From the NCBI GenBank assembly GCA_001002765.1, contig LCMS01000008.1:1-58028 (forward strand): a stretch of DNA of 58,028 nt, written 5' to 3'. This DNA is from Candidatus Uhrbacteria bacterium GW2011_GWE2_46_68 (GTDB lineage: Bacteria; Patescibacteriota; Patescibacteriia; UBA9934; GWF2-40-263). The notes under the pieces were generated by a model. That model was not told the DNA's origin and did not search any database. It saw nothing but the letters and a program-made list of their open reading frames with translations. The translations under genes and the position numbers were made by a program. This document shows, piece after piece, positions 18,633 to 25,640 of the stretch (within the stretch, counting starts at the first letter, position 1; each line of letters opens with the position of its first letter).

Positions 18633-20230
18633 TGGATTCCGTTTTACACGGCATTGGTCTTCTCGAACCTCAGACTGATGGTCGGTTTCGACCGATTCAC
18701 GAACTCGGCGAAGGGGCCATGGGATCAGTGTGGCTTGTGCGCGATAATACGCTTGGCGTTGATCGCGCGGTAAAGATTCTCAAAGCTATCATTGCGCGAA
18801 GTCCGGTGCTTTGCAGCCGATTTTTGCGCGAAGCGCGAACCATGGCTTCGCTCAAGCACGCTCATGTAGTCACTGTGTATGATTACGGCAAGATCAAGGA
18901 CGCAACCGTGGGAGGGGAGGAACTTTATCTCCCTTATATCATTATGGAATTCATCGAGGGCGGAAGCCTCGAGGAATATCTGGATCTTGTGGGAGGGCCG
19001 CTTCCTCCGCGATTTGCCATTACTGAGATTCTGCGTCCGATCTTGAAAGCGCTCGATGTTGTCCATAAGGCGGAGATCGTGCATCGCGATGTCAAGCCTG
19101 CCAATTTCCTCATTGATCATGGAGTAATCAAGCTCGGAGACTTTGGAATCGCACATGCGGAGATTGAAAACGCGACCAAAGGTTTGACCTCGGATCGTGA
19201 TGTGCTAGGCACCTTGATTTACATGGCGCCCGAGCAGTATCTCAGATCGGCCAAGGCAGACGCGCGCAGTGACTTGTACGCGACCGGGATGATCTTGTGG
19301 CAAGCGCTGCGTGGAGAGAAGCCAGAAATGCCCTTGTTGGGAACACGCTTGGCGCAAGACGTTCAACTTATGGAAGGGATTCACGAGGCGCTTCACCCTG
19401 TGCTTTTTCGCGTCATGCGCGCCAAGCCCGAGGATCGTTTCGAAACGGCCGAAGAATTTTTGCAAACGCTTGAAGATGCGCTGCCGCTTCTTCCCGAAGA
19501 TCCGCCCGATGTTCTTCCCCTGACTGCCTATGAGAAAAAGAAAAAGGAAGGGGATCACTCTCCTGCGATTGTGGAGGAACCTGTTGTGCCCGAAGATCCT
19601 GATCGTCCGGGAATGACGATCGTGGCTCCCGAAGAAATGGGTGATATTTCCGCCGGAAGCAATACATTTTTGGGACTGGATGAAAAAGAGAAATCTTTGA
19701 CTGTGATGGAGAGGAGAGCGGGTCGATCTCTTTTGCTTCGGCGGGGGATTGCAGGCGCGATTGTGTTGTCGCTTGCGGTTGCAGGAGGGATCTCCTGGTG
19801 GCTGTTCTCACAACCCGTTGGTGTTCCTCTCGATCCAGTGGAAGCGATCACTGAAGAGTCTGTTGCTGTTCCCGATCCTGTTGTTGAAATCAAGGTTCCT
19901 GATCCACCCCCTGTGGTCGAAGAGCCTATCGTCAAAACCGAGAGTAAGACAAAGTCCAAGGTCGTCAAGACGATCGCTCCTGTGGAACCCGATCCTTTGC
20001 CCCAGACGCCTGTGAAGGTAAGTGTGGGAGTAGACGGAGATGCCAAGGGGGTGTGGATTTCTGCGGGTGACGCATCTCATGCGCTTCCTGCCGAAGTCCT
20101 CCCGGGAACCTACACGATTGAGGCACAGTTTGATGGGGAACGTATGGTTGCGGGATCAGTGACGATTACGGAAGGTGCGTCAGCAACGATTGTTTGTCAA
20201 AGTACGTTTGCCAAGTGCAAGAAGAAGTGA
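18632..20230 (+). CDS. Hanks-type Ser/Thr protein kinase, single TM, Pro-rich stalk and extracellular beta domain
   Basis: LGEGAMGSV, AVK, HRDVKPAN, DFG and YMAPE motifs; TM segment GIAGAIVLSLAVAGG. Confidence 0.95.
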   Translation: MDSVLHGIGLLEPQTDGRFRPIHELGEGAMGSVWLVRDNTLGVDRAVKILKAIIARSPVLCSRFLREARTMASLKHAHVVTVYDYGKIKDATVGGEELYLPYIIMEFIEGGSLEEYLDLVGGPLPPRFAITEILRPILKALDVVHKAEIVHRDVKPANFLIDHGVIKLGDFGIAHAEIENATKGLTSDRDVLGTLIYMAPEQYLRSAKADARSDLYATGMILWQALRGEKPEMPLLGTRLAQDVQLMEGIHEALHPVLFRVMRAKPEDRFETAEEFLQTLEDALPLLPEDPPDVLPLTAYEKKKKEGDHSPAIVEEPVVPEDPDRPGMTIVAPEEMGDISAGSNTFLGLDEKEKSLTVMERRAGRSLLLRRGIAGAIVLSLAVAGGISWWLFSQPVGVPLDPVEAITEESVAVPDPVVEIKVPDPPPVVEEPIVKTESKTKSKVVKTIAPVEPDPLPQTPVKVSVGVDGDAKGVWISAGDASHALPAEVLPGTYTIEAQFDGERMVAGSVTITEGASATIVCQSTFAKCKKK

Positions 20231-20235
20231 TGACG

Positions 20236-20264
20236 AGAGACTCTACGACAGAGTCTCTTTTTTG
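20236..20264 (+). terminator. Intrinsic terminator
   Basis: agagactct-acgac-agagtctct followed by a T-run. Confidence 0.8.
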
Positions 20265-20287
20265 TTACGGGCTGGTGCAATGACATA

Positions 20288-20318
20288 TCCCATGGGCTGG
20301 CACAAGGCCAGCCTCTAC
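20288..20318 (-). repeat. GTAG-type REP
   Basis: Reverse complement reads gtagaggctggccttgtgccagcccatggga. Confidence 0.8.
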
Positions 20319-20382
20319 TTCCTTTCGGTTGATTTTTGAGGCACACTGTATGGGCGGGGAAATCCATATTTATTTTTGACTT

Positions 20383-21645
20383 ATGATTGATCCAAAACTT
20401 CTCATTGATGCGCCGGAACTTGTTGTTGCAAACAACCGTAAACGGCATAAAAATCTTGATATCGCAAGCGTTTCTTCCCTGTCTTCTTCACGCAAAACAT
20501 TGCTCGAAAAAGTTGAAAACCTACGAGCCAAAGCAAACGAGATCGCTGGCCGTATTCCAAAAACCGATGCAAACGATCGGCCTACTTTGATCGAAGAAGG
20601 TCGCCGTATCAAAGAAGAAGGAAAGATCCTCGAGGTCGAGCTTCAAAAAATTGAAGCCGAGTTTGAAGCAGCATGGCGCCAATATCCCAACATTTTGCGT
20701 GAGGATGTTCCCGAAGGCACAGGTGAGGAAGGTAATCAAGTCATTCGAACTTTTGGAACGCCTCCAACTTTTCCATTCACCCCCAAAGATCATTTAGAAA
20801 TCGGAGAAAAGCATGGATGGATTGATATGGAGCGTGCAGCCAAGGTTTCCGGCGCACGCTTTGCCTATCTCAAAGGTGAGATGGTTGAGCTTGAACTCGC
20901 ACTTTTGCAATATACGTTTAGTACCTTGATCAAAGAAGGATTCACCCCGGTTTTTCCTCCACACATAATTTTTACCAAAGCCATGGGAGCTATGGGATAT
21001 TTGGAACATGGGGGAGAGGAAGAAGTGTATCATCTCAAAAACGATGACACGGTGTTGATCGGAACTTCCGAGCAAGCCATGGGGCCCATGCTCACAGATG
21101 AGATGCTTGCAGAAGATGAGTTGCCATTGCGTTTTGCCGCATTTTCTCCTTGTTATCGTCGAGAGGCGGGAAGTTATGGAAAAGATTTGCGCGGCATTTT
21201 ACGTATGCACCAGTTTGATAAAATTGAGATGTTCAGTTTTACCGTACCCGAAGTGTCCGATGCCGAGCATGAGTTTTTGCTTGGTGCGCAAGAGAAATTG
21301 ATGCAAGGGCTCGGACTTCCATATCGTGTGATGAAACTTTGCGCCGGCGACATCGGTGCACCTTCGGCCCGCACCTATGATATTGAAACATGGATGCCTT
21401 CACAAAACACCTATCGCGAAACGCATTCCACCTCAAACACAACTGACTATCAGACACGACGATTGAATATTCGTGTGCGACGAGAGGGAAAAAATGCGCT
21501 TGCCCACGCACTCAACGGAACTGCCTTTGCCATGGGGCGCATCATGATCGCTCTGATCGAAAATAATCAGCAAGAAGATGGGAGTGTAAAGGTGCCAGAA
21601 GTATTGCAACCTTGGATAGGGAAAGATCAAATCGGAGTAAAGTAA
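20383..21645 (+). CDS. serS: Serine--tRNA ligase
   Basis: N-terminal coiled coil; GTSE, CYRREAGS, RMHQF-x-K-x-E and HALNGT motifs. Confidence 0.97.
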   Translation: MIDPKLLIDAPELVVANNRKRHKNLDIASVSSLSSSRKTLLEKVENLRAKANEIAGRIPKTDANDRPTLIEEGRRIKEEGKILEVELQKIEAEFEAAWRQYPNILREDVPEGTGEEGNQVIRTFGTPPTFPFTPKDHLEIGEKHGWIDMERAAKVSGARFAYLKGEMVELELALLQYTFSTLIKEGFTPVFPPHIIFTKAMGAMGYLEHGGEEEVYHLKNDDTVLIGTSEQAMGPMLTDEMLAEDELPLRFAAFSPCYRREAGSYGKDLRGILRMHQFDKIEMFSFTVPEVSDAEHEFLLGAQEKLMQGLGLPYRVMKLCAGDIGAPSARTYDIETWMPSQNTYRETHSTSNTTDYQTRRLNIRVRREGKNALAHALNGTAFAMGRIMIALIENNQQEDGSVKVPEVLQPWIGKDQIGVK

Positions 21646-21655
21646 TCCACAAGAG

Positions 21656-21685
21656 AAAACCCCAGTAAACACGCCTGGGGTTTTT
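21656..21685 (+). terminator. Intrinsic terminator of serS
   Basis: aaaaccccag-N9-ctggggttttt. Confidence 0.8.
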
Positions 21686-21686
21686 G

Positions 21687-21695
21687 TTATCCACA
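21687..21695 (+). promoter_or_regulatory. Perfect DnaA box
   Basis: TTATCCACA. Confidence 0.55.
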
Positions 21696-21714
21696 ATTTA
21701 TCATATAAAAACCG

Positions 21715-21742
21715 TTGACTTTAGCAAAAAATACCGTATTCT
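21715..21742 (+). promoter_or_regulatory. Sigma70-like promoter of the putative ncRNA
   Basis: TTGACT-N16-TATTCT, 6 nt upstream of the first helix. Confidence 0.65.
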
Positions 21743-21748
21743 GGATTA

Positions 21749-22415
21749 TTGTCGAGGGCAGGTAGGCTGTTCCCCGGAAGAGGATGCAGCCCTACATCGA
21801 CAACACGGACGCTCTTGTCCACAGTGGGATAATTCTCGCCAAAACAGATCAAGGCGCGCAAGCACCAGAAATCTGTTATGCGAGGAAAACAGACAGGTAA
21901 AGCCCCGGAGAGTCCGGGACACGAAGCCGGTTTGGCAAGAGGTTCAGTGTTTTTCTTGGCCGAGAAGGCCACGGATGTACGAGAGTCGAAACGGTTGTTA
22001 GCGGTACGGTCACGATGGCAAGTGAGAGACCCCCCGGGTCCCCAAGTGCCTCAAGCGTCTTCTCCAAGATATCCCGCGGGGGTGAACTAGGATAAAGTCG
22101 CGACCAAGACTCTCCGTGACGTAAACACGCGCCACGTTTGCAGCTTTATGCGAAAACCCTCCAGGGGTGTCGGCAACCACAGCTGCCAACTGGACTGTGA
22201 GCTTCACACAAACTGTGTGAGCGGATGGCCCTACACAGGCCGACCGCATGCACAGGAAGCGCACCCATCCGTGTGCGCTCCCCGCATCTTGTCGTCGTTG
22301 ACGTCCTCCCCTCTCTCCTTTTGGGACGACGGAAGCTTCGCTTGGCGGGGAGCGCCTGCCCAACCTTTGTTCCTTTTCCCGACCGTGCGGCACCCCAGGT
22401 GCCGCTTTTCTTTTT
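21749..22415 (+). ncRNA. Putative large (~660 nt) structured non-coding RNA of unknown family
   Basis: GC-rich block between AT-rich flanks; own promoter and terminator; many hairpins and long-range helices; no credible ORF. Confidence 0.65.
22387..22415 (+). terminator. Intrinsic terminator of the putative ncRNA
   Basis: gcggcacc-cca-ggtgccgc followed by ttttcttttt. Confidence 0.85.
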
Positions 22416-22462
22416 GTGGAATAAGTCCCATGGGCACCATAAGACCTATCATCGAGCAAAAT

Positions 22463-22471
22463 TTATCCACA
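22463..22471 (+). promoter_or_regulatory. Perfect DnaA box
   Basis: TTATCCACA, followed by an AT-rich tract. Confidence 0.55.
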
Positions 22472-23076
22472 ACAAAATGTTTTTTTCCTTCAACACAAAA
22501 GAGTTTGGCACGCTTTTTGTGTGCAGTTTTATTTTTTTGTCCGAATCATGCAAACAAAGATTCCTTTCCATATTATTTGTTCGGCGAAAAAGGAGAATGC
22601 ATTTTTGCAAAATATGTCAGCAGACGGGAAACACAATCACTTTTTTTCAAAAATAGAGAAACGATGAGAAAATTTTTTTCATTTTTGTTTTAGATACTGT
22701 TGATCGACCTCAACAAAATTCATAGCTCAACCAAGCTAAAAAAGTATTGACCCATGTTCAAATGTTTGATGATCTAAGGTTAGATCGTCTGCGCAAAAAA
22801 TTATCTGCCTTACGCGAACGGAAAGATGCACATGTGAGGTATCGAACATCTTTCTATCGCAAACGCGGAACACTTGCGCACAAAGGAGGGGAGGGGCGAT
22901 CCGACCAAAACGAAGAAAAGGGGATGAAAGAGCATGCGGGGGTTTGCTCCGTCATCCCCCTTCGCTTCCCTCATAAGCGGTGCGTCGAATATTTTCTGAC
23001 AAGACAGGAGGCCTCGTGTGTTGTCAGAGATGGTCGATGTCCGGCCTCTCGCGTTCATTCACAAGCGAGGTTTCCC

Positions 23077-25062
23077 ATGTCCGCGCAACTGTTCCGCATT
23101 TTTTTCTCCATGTGCCTGTGCGTTTTTTCTCTCATGGGTTGTCCGCCCGCATTTTTCATGGATGATGATACGGCAGAGGATGCCTATGGCGACGGCAATC
23201 GCGGCGGCGGTCTTGGCACCATTCATCTCCCGTTTGCCCAAGGTGGCACGTCGAAATGCGTGCAAGGAGCCTATGGTTCCTACAGTCATGATTTCGAGTC
23301 CACCATGTACGATCTTGATTTCGATACGTCAAACACCGGGGATGAAGAAGTCTATGCGCCTGTTTCCGGCACGGTTCATGTGCACATGGAAAGCGCGACC
23401 ACGAATTTCGGTTATCACGTCAATATCGATCTGGGCGACGGCACCTATGTTGTCCTGGCTCACCTTGCCGACATCTTTGTCCTGGACGGGGATGAGGTGA
23501 CGGCTGGTCAATTGTTGGGATACGAAGGGTGTACCGGAAACTGCACGGGTGATCATGTGCATATCGGTCTTCATGAAGGTGATGCCGATCACGAAGCGCA
23601 GTATGGCACCTCGATTCCGACCGAGTACTACTTTGCCGATGCCACTGCTGACGGATCGTATGAGACGATCTCAAGTGTGGATGTGATCTGCGGGATCCGC
23701 AGCGAAGGGGATCCAGAGGAAGGACACACCTATCGCTCTGCGCTTCCGGTTTCGCTCTGGCATCCAAACGGTTCCCTGGTTAAAACAGGGGATAATGCCA
23801 AGACCTATCTGATCGAAGACGGCAAAGCCCGATGGATCGAAACCCAGGATATTTTTTGGAGCTTTGGGTATGATTTTGACAATGTTTCCACGATTTCTGA
23901 CGAAGAGCTTGCTTGCCTTGGTGAAGGCGAGACGCTCGAAGACACCGGAAGTGTGGAAGCGTTTTTGGACGATGACGATGATATCTGGCTCTTTGTGAAT
24001 ACCGGAAGCGAACGATTCCGTATTTGGGTGCGAGAGGAAGGATCTGACGCTGTGCTCGCTTCCTGGGGACTTCGCTACACACAAAGCGATCCGCCTGCGC
24101 ATCTCCAAAACAGTGACAGTCAATGGACTTCCTATACACCAGCTAGCGGCTATGCCGAGTTGCGTGATGGTTCGCTTGTCAAAGAATCCGATGCCTCAGA
24201 CGTGTACTTCGTGACTGATGGCATCGCGCTTCCCATCGTTGACTGGTCCACCTATTTGCTCATGGGCTTTTATGCCCACGAGATCATCACTCTGGAACCC
24301 GATGAACTTGCCGAAATTCAAGAAGATGTCGGTAGCTGTCGGGCCGGAGTGTGGTGTTTGGATGAGGAGGCTGTGACCACTTGCGGTGGAGGTTTGGATC
24401 TCGGCAGCGGTGGAGATTATGGTGGTGATGATGAGGGGGAGGAAGAAGAAGATGACGATGAAGATGACAGTGAAGATCCGCCTGAAGAAGAGGAAGATCT
24501 TCCCGAAGATGAGGATGAGGATGATCCGCCCGAGTATGACGATGAAGATACGGACGAAGAAGGAGATAGCGGGTTTGAGTACGATGACAGCAATCCCTGT
24601 GATGGTGAGGATGCTTGTGTGGAAGATATGGATGGCGATGGTCAAGATGAAACCTTGATGATGGCCGACCATATGTGGCTTACCTCATGGATTGATGGGG
24701 AGCCCACATACGTCTATGCCAATGCGTCCGGATGTTTTGATGGAGTGTTGAGCACTTCCGATCTTTTCGAAAGTGATCCCTCGACAGGCTATTACCTCAT
24801 CGACTTCTCGTCTTTCGTGGCCGGGTGCACAAGCGAACTTTCGCTCATCAGTTCGGTTGGTACGGACGGACATGATCCGCAAAGTGATATGAGCAACTGG
24901 TATTGGTGGCAAAATGCAGATTTTTGCTCGCAAGGTCACGATTTGTGTGAGCTTGAAAACAATGGAACTTCTTGGGAAGAGTGGCTCATCCGCGTGTCAT
25001 GGATTCCGTCCTATGGCCTTTTGGCAGATGGAAACGGATACACCTCAAACGACGAACTTTAA
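23077..25062 (+). CDS. M23-family peptidase lipoprotein with GSLVK repeats and an Asp/Glu-rich linker
   Basis: LMGC lipobox; VYAPVSG, FGYHV, LAHL, GCTGNCTGDHVH motifs; two GSLVK-x-Y repeats; GAGG before ATG 23077. Confidence 0.85.
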   Translation: MSAQLFRIFFSMCLCVFSLMGCPPAFFMDDDTAEDAYGDGNRGGGLGTIHLPFAQGGTSKCVQGAYGSYSHDFESTMYDLDFDTSNTGDEEVYAPVSGTVHVHMESATTNFGYHVNIDLGDGTYVVLAHLADIFVLDGDEVTAGQLLGYEGCTGNCTGDHVHIGLHEGDADHEAQYGTSIPTEYYFADATADGSYETISSVDVICGIRSEGDPEEGHTYRSALPVSLWHPNGSLVKTGDNAKTYLIEDGKARWIETQDIFWSFGYDFDNVSTISDEELACLGEGETLEDTGSVEAFLDDDDDIWLFVNTGSERFRIWVREEGSDAVLASWGLRYTQSDPPAHLQNSDSQWTSYTPASGYAELRDGSLVKESDASDVYFVTDGIALPIVDWSTYLLMGFYAHEIITLEPDELAEIQEDVGSCRAGVWCLDEEAVTTCGGGLDLGSGGDYGGDDEGEEEEDDDEDDSEDPPEEEEDLPEDEDEDDPPEYDDEDTDEEGDSGFEYDDSNPCDGEDACVEDMDGDGQDETLMMADHMWLTSWIDGEPTYVYANASGCFDGVLSTSDLFESDPSTGYYLIDFSSFVAGCTSELSLISSVGTDGHDPQSDMSNWYWWQNADFCSQGHDLCELENNGTSWEEWLIRVSWIPSYGLLADGNGYTSNDEL

Positions 25063-25065
25063 CGC

Positions 25066-25096
25066 GCCCCGGGCACTCTCGCCCGGGGTTTTTCTT
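25066..25096 (+). terminator. Intrinsic terminator
   Basis: ccccgggc-actctc-gcccgggg followed by tttttctt. Confidence 0.75.
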
Positions 25097-25101
25097 CTGC
25101 C

Positions 25102-25238
25102 ATGGATCCTCACCTCCGTGGGGATGACGGAGGGGGTGGATTCAGAAGACGTTGGATCCCCGCCTCCGCGGGGATGGCAAATACTCACACCGCTCTCCAC
25201 TACATCACCTTGCCACCCCTGCGGAGGCAGGGGTCTAG
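25102..25238. repeat. Three CGTC-type palindromic repeats upstream of the GIY-YIG gene
   Basis: atggatcctcacctccgtggggatgacg, tggatccccgcctccgcggggatggca and inverted tgccacccctgcggaggcaggggtctag. Confidence 0.8.
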
Positions 25239-25266
25239 CGTATCTATCATTTACCTGTGCATTAGT

Positions 25267-25551
25267 ATGAAATCAGGTTTTGTATATATCCTCGCCAGTT
25301 GTCCGTTTGGAACCCTTTATATAGGGGTTACCTCAAATCTTCCAAAAAGAATTTGGGAACATAAAGAAGGAGTTGTAAAAGGTTTTACAAAAAAGTATGG
25401 AATCCGACATCTTGTCTACTATGAGATACACAGTACCATCACGGGCGCTCTACAAAGAGAAAGACAGTTAAAAAGATGGAAACGAACTTGGAAAATAAAT
25501 TTGATTATGAATATGAATCCACAATGGAAAGATTTATATGAAGAATTATAG
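25267..25551 (+). CDS. Small GIY-YIG nuclease (YhbQ-like)
   Basis: FVYIL...LYIGVT..L..RI.EH, LVYYE, REx.LK.W.R.WK and NP.W.DL motifs. Confidence 0.92.
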   Translation: MKSGFVYILASCPFGTLYIGVTSNLPKRIWEHKEGVVKGFTKKYGIRHLVYYEIHSTITGALQRERQLKRWKRTWKINLIMNMNPQWKDLYEEL

Positions 25552-25556
25552 AGGCG

Positions 25557-25580
25557 ATGGATCCCCGCCTCCGCGGGGTG
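25557..25580. repeat. CGTC-type palindromic repeat downstream of the GIY-YIG gene
   Basis: atggatccccgcctccgcggggtg. Confidence 0.75.
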
Positions 25581-25640
25581 GTTGTGGGGTGGAAAAATCA
25601 TCGCTCCCGGTGTGCTTTATGTGTTATACTAAAAGCAATT

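Noticed and set aside
21749-22415. RNase P RNA, tmRNA, T-box or group II intron identity
   Set aside because: gaggaaaac is not GAGGAAAGTCC and no 3' P4 partner is visible. ggatgtacgagagtcgaa resembles a tmRNA 5' end, but there is no T-arm or CCA. The region lies downstream of serS, not upstream. No domain V or intron termini were found.
21684-22693. Overlapping 63-181 aa ORFs on both strands
   Set aside because: Mutually overlapping, no motifs or RBS, and several cross the terminator; treated as chance ORFs in GC-rich DNA
22747-23076. 110 aa N-terminal extension of the M23 ORF
   Set aside because: The lipoprotein signal and RBS point to ATG 23077
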